Below are positions 1 through 12,773 of a stretch of 64,000 nucleotides of DNA, in pieces. A model generated the notes under the pieces. That model saw only the letters and a program-made list of their open reading frames with translations, was not told the origin of the DNA and ran no database searches. A program made the translations under genes and the position numbers. The stretch is from Azolla caroliniana. Lineage: Eukaryota; Plantae; Polypodiophyta. The stretch covers positions 5,890,001 through 5,954,000 of the forward strand of contig JBHGNT010000004.1 of the NCBI GenBank assembly GCA_043228905.1. Direction: 5' to 3'. Positions within the stretch are counted from its first letter, which is position 1. Every line of letters begins with the position of its first letter.

Positions 1-256
1 AGCAGCAATAAAACAGTTTGCCCTAAGTCATATTTATACATATATGACTTTGGGGCTATTTACAACTATAGCCTCAAGGGCCCTTAGCAAACATATTCAC
101 GGATATGTCCCCGCATCCGGATCTCTCTCCGGGTACATTCGTCATCCGGCTCCGAAGCCGGGGTCTTCATCATCCGGTTCCGAAACCGAAACCGGGCTCG
201 TCGGCATTCATCTCCGACATCCGACCATCCCATCCGAAGGGACCGTAATCCCAACA
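1..256 (-). repeat. 3' LTR (partial) of copia A
   Basis: Identical by eye to 4723-4978. It starts TGTTGGGA on the minus strand, directly after the PPT GTGAAGGGGGAGTT. Confidence 0.95.
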
Positions 257-266
257 AACTCCCCCT

Positions 267-3200
267 TCACTTCGGCATGGGATGTCTCTCCAATCCGATC
301 CTCTTCCGGCATGCTTCCAGCTTGTCGGGTGTGAGCACCTTGGTCAGCATATCCGACCCGTTCTCGTCCGTGTGGATCTTTGTCAGCACGAACTCCTTGT
401 CTTCTATCCTTTCCCGGATCCAGTGATATCTTCGCTGGATGTGCTTCGTCCGGGAGTGATAGGCCGCGTTCTTCGCAAGGTGGATTGCACTCTGACTGTC
501 GCAGTAGAGTCGGTACTCCTCCTGCCGGATACCGAGCTCTCTAATGAAGTCCTTCATCCATATTATTTCCTTGCCGGCTTCAACAGCTGCCATGTACTCC
601 GCCTCCGTGGTTGACAACGCAACCGTCTTCTGCAGCCTCGACTGCCACGAAACGGCTCCCCCTGCATATGTCATCACATACCCTGATGTGGACCGGCTGG
701 TATCTGCGTCAGCCGACATATCCGAATCGGTGAAGCCATCGAGTTCGGGCTTACCGGATCCGAATCGGAGGCACACGTTTGCCGTGCCCTTCAGGTATCG
801 GAGTATCCACTTGGCCGCGTTCCAATGCTCTTTGCCGGGATTGCTCATGTACCGGCTCACCGCTCCGACTGCATATCCGATGTCCGGTCGGGTACACACC
901 ATTGCGTACATCAAACTCCCGACGGCAGAGGCATATGGTACTTTCATCATGTCCTCCTTCTCAGCCTTTGTCTTGGGACTTTGCTTGCTGGACAGCTTGC
1001 AGTTTGCCGGGAGGGTCGATCCGACCGGTCTTGCTTCCGACATGTTGAACCGGTGAAGCACCTTCGTCACGTACTTCTCCTGTGACAGCCACAACTGCTT
1101 CTTCTTCCGGTCCCGGATGATGTGCATCCCTAGTATTTGCCTCGCCGGACCCAGGTCCTTCATTGAGAAGGTTCGGTGAAGAGCCTTCTTCAGCATCCGT
1201 ATCTTGACCTGGTCCCGTCCGACGATCAACATGTCGTCCACGTACAGGAGGAGTATTAGAAAGTCTCCTCCTTCGAACTTCTTCACAAACACGCAGTGGT
1301 CGGACTGCGTTTTGAGGTACCCTTCGTCGGTCATGAAGGAGTCGAACTTCCGGTATCATTGCCGGGGAGCCTGCTTCAGTCCGTAAAGGCTCTTCTTCAA
1401 CCGGCATACCAGGTGCTCCTTACCTTTCTTCTCGAATCCTTCCGGTTGCTGCATGTAGATCTCTTCATCGAGGTCACCGTGAAGGAATGCCGTCTTCACG
1501 TCCATCTGTTCTACCTCGAGGTCCATGCTTGCCGCTATGCTCAGCACCGTCCGGATGGAGGTCATCTTCACTACCGGGGCAAATATCTCGTCGAAGTCGA
1601 CGCCCTTCTTCTGCTGAAACCCCTTCACCACGATCCTGGCTTTGTATCTCGGGGGGTTTCTGGCATCTCCCGGTTTCAGCTTGAACACCCACTTGTTTCG
1701 AAGTGCCCGCTTTCCTTTCGGCAACTCCACAAGTTCATATGTGTGGTTCTCATGCAGGGAATCCATCTCGTCCTGCATGGCACTCAACCACCTGCGGCTC
1801 TGGGTGTCATGTTTTGCTTCTTCAAAGCTCTCCGGCTCCCCCTCGTCGGTTAGCAGCACGTGCTCTGGTTCCGGAAATCTCCGGGGGGCCCTTCTCTCTC
1901 TTAGAGGATATCTCCGTTCCGGAGCTTCGGTAACCGGTTCTTCCGATTCTTCTTCATCCGAATCCATTTCGGGATCGGGGCCGGTTCCGGTATCAGTTTC
2001 ATCTTCCTCGGCCGGTTCTGTTTCTTCACCGTCTTCGGCCGGATCCTCGAGTGCTAACCGGTCCCTTGCCGGTCGGGACTGCTCCTCGTAGAGTTGATCC
2101 TCACCGGTCGACTTGGAGCTCTTCATCTTCTTCTCCGACTCCCAGTCGGCGAGTGTCTTGTTCTCCATGAAGACGATATCACGACTCCGGAATATCTTCT
2201 TGTCGACCGGGTCCCATACTCGGTAGCCGAACTCGTCATCGCCGTAACCGAGGAATATGCATGGCCGGGTCTTTGGATCTAGCTTTCCTCTCCGGTCCTT
2301 AGCCACATGCACATATGTGAGACACCCGAACACCTTCAGATGCCGATAGGATACTTCCCTACCGGTCCACACTCTCTGCGGCGTGTCTCCGTCCAAAGGT
2401 ACTGAGGGTGATCTGTTTATCACGTATGTCGCCGTCGACATTGCCTCAGCCCAAAACCCCTTGGGTAATTTCGCATGCGCCAGCATACTCCGGACCCTCT
2501 CCATTATGGTCCGGTTCATCCTCTCGGCCAGCCCGTTCAGTTCCGGCGTCTTCGGCACAGTAAACTCGAGCCGGATTCCCTTCGAGCGACAGTACTCCTG
2601 GAACTGCCCCCGGTATTCCCCTCCGTTATCCGCTCGTATCGCTTTCAGCTTCTTGCCGGATTCCCTTTCCACTCTCGCGTGGAGTTCTTTGAAGACGCAC
2701 AACACTTGGTCCTTTGTCTTCAGCGGTGCCGTCCACAGCTTCCGGCTGTGATCATCAATGAATGTTACGAAGTACTGGGCTCCACCATGTGACTTCGTTT
2801 CTACCTGACACACATCAGTGTGCACCAACTCCAATGGTGCGCTACGTCTCGTCGGTGGCCTTGAGTGGAAGGAGGTTCGGTTCTGCTTACCGGCCAGGCA
2901 ATCGGTGCACTTCTCCAGGTGCACATGCTTCACTGGAATAAGGTTGTCTTCTGCAAGCCTCTTCATCCCCTTCTCACTCATGTGGCACAGTCTTTTGTGC
3001 CACAGCTCACCGGCAGTGTCGGCTGCCACATTCAGCTCTTCCGGACATAACCGGGCATTCATCAGGTACAGCGTGTTGTCTTTCCGGGCCCGAGCCACTA
3101 TCAGGCTCCCCTTGCTGAACTTCATTACGCCGTTCCGGATGCTACCTGTGTAGCCTTCATCGTCTAGCCTCCCAGCCGAAATCAGGTTCAATCGAACCTC

Positions 3201-4340
3201 CGGAACGTGTCGGACATCCTTCAGCAGCATTTTGCATCCGGTCGGGGTTGTCAACCACACGTCTCCTATGCCGGCAATCCGGCACGTACCTTCATTTCCC
3301 ATTCGAACACAGCCATGCTCACCGGCTGTGTAGGATGAGAAGTATCTTCTCTCCGGGGTCAGATGGAACGATGCTCCGGAATCGACCACCCAGGTCGTCT
3401 CATCGCCGGCAATGTTTAGTTCACCTTCTTCGGTGATGAGCATGATTTCTTCCTCACTTGCCGCAAGTGCCGTTGTTCCTTTCCGGTCCTGCCCTCGCCG
3501 ATCCGAACCTCTCCGGTCCGTGGCTCCCCGGTATGCATCGTTTCTCTCCGGTGACTTCTTCGAATCGGTGTCGTCGGCTCCGTTGTCTTTTCGGTAATGC
3601 CGACAATTCTTTCGGAAGTGCCCCGGCTTCCCACAGTGGAAGCATGTGGGCCTTCCTCTTGACTGCGACCGGGTCCCCGACTTCTCCCGTCTTTGCGGAC
3701 TCCGGTTCCATTGTCTGCCCCGATCCGATTCGGTAAGCAGCGCCTTCGAGTCGGAGGCCGGTTCTTTATCTCTCCGACGCGCTTCTTCGTTCAAAATACT
3801 TGTCTTTACCGTTTGTAAGGACAAGTTATCTTCTGTGCAGGAGGTGCTGAGAGTCACCACCAAGTTCTCCCAGCTTTCCGGCAATGTACACATCAGGATG
3901 ATGGCTTGCATTGCATCCTCCAACGGGAACTTGATCGCCGCAAGCTGATTCACGAATCCCATGAACGTGCTTACGTGTTCCACCATACTCTCGCCGTCCC
4001 GGTACTTGAGATTCACTATCTTCCTCATCAGGGAGGTCCGGTTCAACGCATTCTTCCTCTCATAGAGGCCCGACAGCTTCCGCCACATCTCATATGCGTT
4101 GGTGTCGTTCGCCACATGTTGTAGAACGCTCACGTCGACGTATTGCCGAATGGTTGCAACGGCTTTCCGGTTCAGAAGCCTCCATTCCGACTCAAGTACC
4201 CCCTTCGGTATTTCCGACCTGTCAATCGGTTCGTACAGGTCCCGAACAATCAGAAGATCCTCCATCTTGATCTTCCAGTCGGCGTAATTTTGCGCATTCA
4301 GCACCATCATCCCCGGCTGCCCGCTGCCGCCGCCTTCCAT
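267..4340 (-). pseudogene. copia gag-pol polyprotein with a single in-frame nonsense codon (TGG>TGA at 1356-1358)
   Basis: CCHC knuckle CFHCGKPGHFRKNC, protease WVVDSGAS, GAG-pre-integrase LWHKRLCH, integrase HTDVC/RADNGGEY, RT QMDVKTAFLHG...LYGLKQAPRQ*YRKF and YVDDML, RNase H TDSDM...RTKHI. The two provided ORFs are in the same frame. Confidence 0.95.
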
Positions 4341-4355
4341 TTTCTGCAGCAGCTC

Positions 4356-4367
4356 GCTCTGATACCA
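4356..4367 (-). other. primer-binding site (tRNA-iMet)
   Basis: TGGTATCAGAGC on the minus strand, 3 nt inside the 5' LTR end. Confidence 0.92.
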
Positions 4368-4370
4368 GAT

Positions 4371-4978
4371 TGTAAGGAATCGACGCTTCGATTCACCTTC
4401 ACCACTCGGCCACAACCGAGTAAGCGCGAATCAATGCAGCAGAAAATAGGAACCACAGAGAGAAACACACGAATACACAGGGATTAACGTGGAAAACCCT
4501 AGACGGGAAAAACCACGGGAGTACAAGACTCCAAACCAAAACTATACAGAGAAGTATACAATGGCGAGCTGCAAGGCGACGACCTTGAGCTCGTTGTCCT
4601 CGCCACAGGTGGCGGAAATACACAGAGGCGTCGTCCTCTTCCTCTCTCACGCTCTATCTCTCTCTCTCTCTCACGGCTGCTCCCTCTTCACTCCTCTTGA
4701 GTGGAAAAACAGAAAAATGATCAGCAGCAATAAAACAGTTTGCCCTAAGTCATATTTATACATATATGACTTTGGGGCTATTTACAACTATAGCCTCAAG
4801 GGCCCTTAGCAAACATATTCACGGATATGTCCCCGCATCCGGATCTCTCTCCGGGTACATTCGTCATCCGGCTCCGAAGCCGGGGTCTTCATCATCCGGT
4901 TCCGAAACCGAAACCGGGCTCGTCGGCATTCATCTCCGACATCCGACCATCCCATCCGAAGGGACCGTAATCCCAACA
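4371..4978 (-). repeat. 5' LTR of copia A (608 bp)
   Basis: TG...CA termini, TATAAATA box, (GA)n tract and GGGTTTTCCACGT motif near U5. Confidence 0.95.
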
Positions 4979-6087
4979 ATTTCTGCCCGTGGACCACCCT
5001 GCTGTCCTGGTTCCCCTTGCGCTTCTTCTTGGTTGGCCGAGGGAGGCTGTATTGACCTTTCCGGCTCTGGCGGAATGGGACTTGCCGGTGCTGCCGGTGG
5101 TGCAGGGGCTTTTGATTCCGGTGTCGTGCGCACCGGTTCCGGTTCCTCCCTTGGCGTGGGAGTCTCAGTATGGGGAGCCGGTGTTCCCTCCGTCTAAGGG
5201 TCCGAACGTTTCCCGGCTGCCTCAACGGTCCTTGCTGACGACCGTCGCTGGAGGTGCTCCGTAGGCTCCTCCTTTATTTCCTCTGCCTGAGTCCCGGCAT
5301 TGAGTTTTGCCGCCAAGGGGTCCGCTTCTCTATTCATCGGTCGGCGGAGTGTAACCTTTACGGACCGTACCGGTGGTTCCTCCTACGCATCCGTTGGCCG
5401 CTTCCAGCTGGCGCTCTCCTTTCCCGCCTGTTTTGCGTCCGCCGCCTTCCCCTTAGTGGCCTTAGAGGCCAACATCTGTTGTCTTTTGGAAGCCGTCTTT
5501 GGGGTGCCATCCGCCACTCTTCCCCGCTTCTTGGGCTCGACAGGCTCGACAGGTGGCACAAGCAAGGTGAGCCACTACGTTACTGCGTGCCATATCCTCC
5601 GTCCTTCTCGGCCTTCTTTGTCGTCTTTTCCTCTGACGATCTCGATCACCGCACACAAACCGTATGCGATCAATACCGGCCAATCCACCTTGATCCCTTC
5701 ATAGGTGGCGATGATCATCCCTGCCCGGTTCTGCGGCATGACAAGGGGTCTGGGGTACACATGGCCGTATTCGTGGAGCACACGGGCAATCTCGCGGAAC
5801 AACATATCTCCGCCGCCCTGTGTCCGGTAGCCCTTGCTGGCTAGGGAGTACTCACCAAAATACTTGATGAGTTGCTCCGAGGTTGGATTGTTAATCGTGA
5901 ATATGCCTCCCGTCGGAAGGCCTGTTAAAGCACGGATCGCCTCATTCGTTATGACCTCTGTGTCGATTTCTTTGATCACCTTGTCGGCTTCTTTGTGTGG
6001 CGGTACCTCCATAATCGTCAAGAAGCCCTCGAGCCCGTGTTGCTTTAGCCATTTCTTAGCGGCTTCCGACAACGTTTGCGGGTCCAT
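4979..6087 (-). pseudogene. extra sense ORF downstream of gypsy integrase, function unknown, with in-frame TAG stops
   Basis: One frame runs from MDPQTLSE through ITNEAIRALTGLP and GIKVDWPVLI to a K/R-rich then P/E-rich tail, up to the copia insertion point. It is broken only by TAG codons. Confidence 0.65.
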
Positions 6088-6463
6088 GTCTGTGTCGAGG
6101 TCAGATTGTGGTGGTGAGGTTGGCTGGTGATGAGAGTGAGAGTGAGAGAGAGAGAGAGTTCAGAAGGCGGGGGTTCTCTGTGCGTAGGTTCTGGTCTGAT
6201 GATCTTCCAGCGCCTTGGTGCTTCTGTGCTCTTGGGTTCGCGAAAGTAGAGGGTCTCCACGCGTAGTGGTTTTTCTCTGTGCATTTTGGCGCCTTTTTCA
6301 AGTGTGTGCACGTCGTGTACTAAAATAGGATTATGTCCTGTGGTGGCGCTTAAATGCCCACTACGTACCTTTTCGCTCCTCGCTCTCTCGTCCATTCATA
6401 CCTCGCTTTTGCATGATTACTTTGCTTTTCTTTTTTTTCTTTTTTCTTTTTTGTGCTGTGAGG

Positions 6464-9400
6464 TTAGTTTTCCGGTGGTCCTATCGGACCCTTACCGGCC
6501 TCATTACGGTTTGCCATCGCCTCATTCTCCCCTGTTACCGGCTTGCCATCTCCTCCGTCTTGGTGGTTGCCGTTCCCCTCACAGGTTGTCGTTTCCTCAC
6601 CGGTGTCGGTCCTTTGCTCAAATTGGTTCTTGGGCATCGGTCCTCTATATGGCTTCAATCGGAATCCGTTGACCCATTTGTCTAGCACTTCGCCGGCAAG
6701 TGTCCCTAACTGGTAGGACCCATTATACTCATGTGTCAGCCAATACGGACCGGTCCATCTAAACCGTAGTTTACCCAGCATCTTGCCCATCCGGGTCTGA
6801 AATACTAACACCGGCTTGCCGATTGTGAACACTTTTTCATTTCCTTTCCTATGCCGGTTGACAAATGCTTTCCGTCACCGTTGTTCCAATTCTAAGTGCA
6901 GGATGCTTGCCAGTCGTTGTTCCTTGGGTTCACACAACGTTGTTAACCGTATTGCCTTTGACTCCTTCTCGTTCAGCCGTTCCCATAGCTGGATCCGTAA
7001 GCTTGGTACTTGGAATTCCACCGGCATGACCGCCTCTAGTTCGAACGCTAACCGGAATGGTGTTGTCTGGATGCTCGTTTTGTATGTTGTCCAGTATGCC
7101 CAAAGCGCGCTATGTAGCTTGGTATCCCAATCCGTTCGGTTTTCGTTGACGATCTTCCAGAGGATATTCTGGAGCGTTTTGTTCTTCGATTCAGCTAACC
7201 CATTCGCTTGCGGATAGTATGGTGTGCTCCGTTTATGGACAACGACATAGAAGGTCGTCAGGCTTTCAACTACTTGGCCGAGAAAGTGTCCCCCTTGGTC
7301 GCTTATTAATTCGATTGGGCATCCGTAACGGCACCAGATGTGCTCGTATAGAAATTTTGTCGTTGACGCAGCGGTGTTGTCTCTTAAGGCTTTGGCCTCC
7401 ACCCATTTCGTGCAGTAATCCTCCGCGACGATCATGTACCGATTACCTGTTCTTATTGCCGGTGGTTTGAACGGTCCAACAAAGTCCAGCCCCCACTTCT
7501 GGAATGGTTCGTGTGGTAGTACAGGCTGGTGTGGCATCCAAGCCTGCTCCGTTGGCTGGCCCATTGGCTGGCATAGGTCACATTCTTTTGCGTACCGTAC
7601 AACATCTCTTAATGTCGTTGACCACCATAGGCCACTTTGCCATATTTTCCTAGCCGTCGCATCTCCGGCATAGTGACCTCCGGCAACTCCGCAGTGGGCT
7701 TCCCTCAGTATGAGGTCCTTTTCATCGTTGTGCACAGCCCGTCTCCATATGTCGTCCACGCCCTTGTGGTAAAGTGTGTCTCGCAGTAAGCAGAAATGTC
7801 GGCTTTGCACCGCCAGGCGTTTCCTTTCGTCCCGGTTCATCTCTTCCGAAGGCAGTCTTGTGCTCAGAAACTGGTGCATATTTGTGAGCCACTTGTCTTC
7901 CTGTGCCACTGTCTCATCTGTTGTCGTTTTCATAGTGACTCGAAACAGCTCCGCATCCAGAAACTCGTCCGCTACTCCGTCACCCGTCTCTCCGGACTCT
8001 AATCGGCTTAAGTAATCTGCCACGGCATGCTGTATACCGGGTCGGTGGAATATTTCAAACTCGAATTCCTGTAATAGTAAGGTCCACCGAGCCAACTTAC
8101 CTGTGAGTGATGCCTTGGACACCAGGTAAAGGAGTGTCGAATGATCTACATGGAAGGAAAACTTCCTTCCCAATAAATAATGCCGAAACTTTGTCACATT
8201 GTAGGTCATCCCTAGAGCTTCCCGTTCCGTGGTAGAGTAGTTCCGTTCCGCTTGGGATAGCTTTCGGCTGGCATAGTACACTGGCCGGTACCACTTTGGC
8301 TCCGTAAGCTGCATCAGTACGCTTCTGATTGCGATGTCGGAGGCATCCACGAACACATGAAATTCTTTACTCCAATCCGGAGGTTGCACTACCGGTGTTT
8401 GCGACAATAGTACCTTGAGGGCCCTATACGCCCTATCCTCGGTGTCGGTCCACTGGAATGGTGTCCGATGTACGGCAACATGCAACGGTGTAGCCAGGTC
8501 GGCCAAGTATCGGAGCATCCGGTTGTGCCACCGGATCTGGCCTAAGAACCGGCTCAATGCCTTTGCCGTTGCCGGCGCCGGTGCTTCTAATATGGCTTTC
8601 ACTTTGTCCGGGTCGACTGCAATACCTTCCTGGCTCCAATATGTCCTAATAAGGTTCCACTAGACACGCCAAATACACACTTTGCCGGATTCAAGCTTAG
8701 CCGGTACGCTCTACACTTTTCTAGACAAAGACGGAGGTGTTGAAAATGGTCCTCCTCCCGGCTATAGATGGCGAAATCGTCAAGGAAAACCTGCATAAAA
8801 GCCGAGATATATTCACCAAAGATTTCCATGATGATTCGTTGAAATGTTGCCGGTGCCGTTTTGAGTCCGAACATCATCACCACGGCCACAAACACCCCCC
8901 ATTCGGTGACGAAAGCCGTTTTCTCTTGGTCATCGGGGTGCATCTGGATCTGATTATACCCGCTGAATCCGTCTAGAAAGCTATAGACCTGATGGCCGGC
9001 GACGGCATCCAACACTCCATCTGTGAACGGAAGTGGAAGCACATCCGTTACCGTAGCCGCATTGAGTTTCCGGTAGTCCACACAAACTCGAATTTTTCCG
9101 TTCTTCTTCGGTACGACTACGATCGGGCTCAGCCATGTCGCTTCTTTACCAGACGGATAAAGCCCACTCTTAGCAGTTTGTCGATTTCCTCCTTGACTTT
9201 TGCGGCATAATTGGGATTCATCCAATACCGTCTTTGTGCCACCGGTTTTGTGTCCTTGCTCAAGTGAATCTAATGCTGGTATAACTGAGGGTCAAGCCCT
9301 CGCATGTCTTCGTAAGACCAGGCAAACACGTCACGAAATTCCGTGAGAAGTGTGATCATCGTCGTTTTGTCTTCGGACTTCATCTCCTTGGCGATGTGCA

Positions 9401-12295
9401 CCGGTTTTGCTTCGTCCGTGGTCCCTAGGTTCACCTCTTCAAGTTGCGACGCTTTTACGCGCTATGAAACGGCCATTTCCCGTTCCAACACTTCCTGCGC
9501 TTGCCGTAACTCTCGGATTGTGTCTTTATCCGGTTCTGCTTCAGTCTCTTCCGGCTGCGGTAAGTATGGTGCTACTGCTTCGGCAATGTCAATTTCGAAG
9601 AGGGGTACGATCTTCGGGTTTTCCTGCAAGTACTGAGCTTCTTCTTCGTCAGCTAACCCTTCTAGCATGTTGACGCACTCTACATACAACGGTGTACATT
9701 CCTTGCCCGTGCTCGTCCTTGGTTGTGTTGGTATGCGTACCTTAGCTTTTCCTCGCCGGAAGGTAATTATATTTTTCCTCCAATTCTGTTTGATATGTGT
9801 CGTTTTCAACCACGGCCGCCCCAGCAATAGCGGGTATGCGCCTTGTGCCTGTAATTGTAGCACTACTGCCGAGATGTGAAATGTATGACCACCAACGGTG
9901 ACTTCTAATTTTCGTATTAATCCTGTCGGCCACACTGAGCTTGTATCGGCCATCCGTAACCAGAACGGACACGACTCCCACTCATGGATTCCCAGGGCAT
10001 CACACGTCCGAAGGCTTATTACATTCACCCCGGAGCCTCCGTCTATTACTGTGTCGGGGAGTTCTTTCCCTTTTACAATCGCAGTAATTACTGGACTATT
10101 GGTGTCCACCACCGTTGGTCCCTCCTTCAGATTCGAGAAGAGTACCGGTGCCGGTGATGATTCTCCTTCCGTCATCGTTGTCTTCAGTCCTTCCACGAAT
10201 CTCGGCATGAGCTGAAGGAGTCTTCCTAGTGGCAGCGTAATCTGGCATTCTTGCAACGCCTGCCATGTCTCGTTTCCGGCGTGATTGCCGCCGGCAAGCC
10301 CTACGGTTCTCCTTTTGCCGTTGTAAGTCTATTACGTTTTGCTCGTTTGCTTTCTTCACCCATTCCGTCGCTTGCTTCCGAATGGTCTCCTGCGTCTCCC
10401 ATTCCTTGGCCATGTCCTTCGACCTTTGTGGTCACCTGCTGCAGATCTGCCACTTCAGGGACTACCATATTTACTGTCGGTCGTTTGTCATAGCTCTTCG
10501 CCGGGCATTGATTACTATAATGGCCTTCCTGTCGGTAGTAGTAGCAGTAGGCTTTCCGAGTATTGTTGGATTCGGCATTGTCTGTTGTACCCGAGGCCGG
10601 TCCTGTGGTAAGCGCGGGGTTTTGGGCCGGTTGGCTGTTTGAAGCTCCTTGTTCTGGATCCCATGGGTAGCCGCCTTTTTTGAAATGCCATTTTTTGTTA
10701 TAGTTCTTCTTATTGCGGTACTCTTGACGAGGTTGGTCGTTATATCTGCCGTATTCCTCCCGTTGCTGACGATACCCGGGGGAGTGCTCCCGGTTGTAAA
10801 GTTCGTATCGTCTATTGTAATCCCGGTACCGATCATATCTATCATGTCGGTCGTAGTTATCCCGCCGATCACCGTACCGGACATCATTCTCCCGTCAATC
10901 GCCATACCGGACATCCTGTGTCGGTCGGTCGCGGTCCATTCGCCGCCAGCGTTCCTCTTCTTCATCCCGACTGCTGCGTGGCTCTATTTGTCGGACGGGC
11001 GGTGCTTGCTAGTTCAATAGATTATACTCGCACCTATCCGTGGTATGGCCCTTGGATTGACAAATTACACATTGCGTCCTCATAGTGCATTCTAGTGCCG
11101 AGTGTCCGGAATTCAAGCAGGTTGTGCACTGTATTGCTTGCCGAAACCGGAGGTCTTCATCGGACGGTAACGCCCGTTGGAGTGCTCCCAGTGTGAGCCA
11201 GGAGCTTGTCTTTTCCATCTCTCTCACTCGGTCAATGACCTGGTCGATGGTACTTGCGCGGAAGTCAATTACTGTGCACACCGTGCGTAGGGGTTCCCGG
11301 AGTGCATTTAGAAATATAGTCCGTAATTCCTCCTTCGGGGGTGCGCGGGCAAGCTGACTATGCATCCGTTGAAACCGGATGACAAACTGGGGAATGCTCT
11401 CCCCTGCCTCCTGTCGGATGGTATAAAACAAGCCCACCATTACTATTTGGTCCACCTCCTTTTGGAAAAAATGCAAGAATTTAGCTTTTAAATCTCCGAA
11501 GGTGGTGATGTTAGACGGGTTCTGCGTCCGGCGCCATCTCGCTGCCAGTCCTTCCAATGTGATGCCAAATTCCGCTATCTTAGAGCGTTCCTCTTCCTCC
11601 GGGGTCAATCGCTGGGACACATGGTTTGCTTCCCATGTCTATTCAAAGGCGTGAACATGAGCTTCCGCGTCCGGATCATCTCTATACTTGGAGTATTGGA
11701 ACGGCATGTCGTCGTCCGATATCGGTGCGCGGGCTAGCGGTGTTGGTGGTCGTTCCTGGTTTTTCTCCAGCGTCGGTGGTCTTTCCTGATTTGTTTCCTG
11801 CGTCGGTGGTCTTTCCTCTTCTTTTGGTGACGGAGGCCTCTCCTCCTCGACTTCCGGTGTCGGAGGTCGCTCTTCCTCTACTGGTTCCGGAGGTTCCAGC
11901 CTTAGCACTTCCGATTCCGGTGTCGGTAAGGTGTCTGATCCTTCGTCCTCCGGTCCGCCCGGGGTGTCGTTACTGCTACGGTAGTTCGTGTGCACGTTGT
12001 ATCCGTCTTCGGAATCCGATTCATACGCTGAAAAGGCTTCTGCTTCACCTTCTCTGCTTGCCAATGCCTGGGGGAGGGATTTGGTTTCCCGGAGGCTACT
12101 TAGGCTGCTGCCGTCGTCCGGGTGCGATGTTTGCTGTAACCGGAGGGACTCCTCTGCTACCCTCCGGATTACGTTGGAAAACAAGCGATCCGCTCTAATT
12201 TCCTACGCCGCTTGCTGGAAAGCCTCACGTCTCCTTTGCCTTTCGGCAAGGCGTCGAGTTCGATCTGTAACCAGGTCGTGCATTGATCTAGTCAT
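6464..12295 (-). pseudogene. gypsy gag-pol, degenerate (stops and frameshifts)
   Basis: MTRS start at 12295, retrotrans-gag core, CCHC knuckles, protease VIDGGSGVN, RT IRVCVDYRKLN/FLDDF, RNase H VFVDASD, integrase H-H-C-C and WGLDFVGP/SDQG, GPY/F motif WTGPY. Confidence 0.93.
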
Positions 12296-12346
12296 CCATT
12301 CGTGCCGTCGTTCGCTGCAAAAACAGGAATCGTGGTCACCAAAAAC

Positions 12347-12773
12347 TGTGTTAACTCTTAGGGCCAGACAATGGCCTAACACAGGATGTCTACGAAAGAC
12401 ACTTCACCAAAGGGGTGTTACGGACTCAACGATTAATCCGACTTAATTAGGCTACTTAACAAGATCGTCCTTAATAATCACACGCGTAAGATATAACAAT
12501 GAATGCAGAACGGCAATTAACATAGAGAGATAACAACACTAAGCTTTATTAATTAACCGCTCCTCATTACATTGTATCCGGGCCTTTAAATAGGTTTTTG
12601 GTCTGTAGTACAAAACGGTGCCATCCGCACCTGTTCGGGATCGGTCCGGATCCGGAACGGCATACCGATTCTGGTCCGTCCATCCACACTCATAACTTAC
12701 ATACAACCATTCCTAATAATTAAATAACTCCTTCGTTTCACACTCTGGACTCCTTTGCCGGCCGGTAATAACA
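12347..12773 (-). repeat. probable 5' LTR of the gypsy element (outer boundary 12742 or 12773)
   Basis: Lies next to the PBS-like site, has TG/CA candidate termini and a TATA-like CCTATTTAAA, and composition shifts abruptly after 12773. Confidence 0.6.

Larger units (their letters stand above)
1..4978 (-). mobile_element. Ty1/copia LTR retrotransposon 'A' (Tnt1/Tork-like); 3' LTR cut by the window edge
   Basis: 5' LTR 4371-4978 (TG...CA), PBS TGGTATCAGAGC, gag-PR-INT-RT-RH order, PPT at 257-270, and 3' LTR part 1-256 matching 4723-4978. Confidence 0.97.
4979..12773 (-). mobile_element. Ty3/gypsy LTR retrotransposon (non-chromovirus) with an extra 3' ORF, interrupted by copia A; its 3' end lies outside the window
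   Basis: gag-PR-RT-RH-INT order, putative 5' LTR ~12347-12773, PBS-like TGGTGACCACGA at 12330-12341, no chromodomain seen. Confidence 0.9.

Noticed and set aside
1356-1358. Programmed stop-codon readthrough in copia A
   Set aside because: The stop replaces the conserved Trp in mid-RT, and copia C has TGG there. It is not at a gag/pol boundary.
282-12446. Many plus-strand ORFs of 60-200 aa over the retrotransposons
   Set aside because: They are antisense or alternate-frame shadows of GC-rich gag-pol sequence with no independent motifs.
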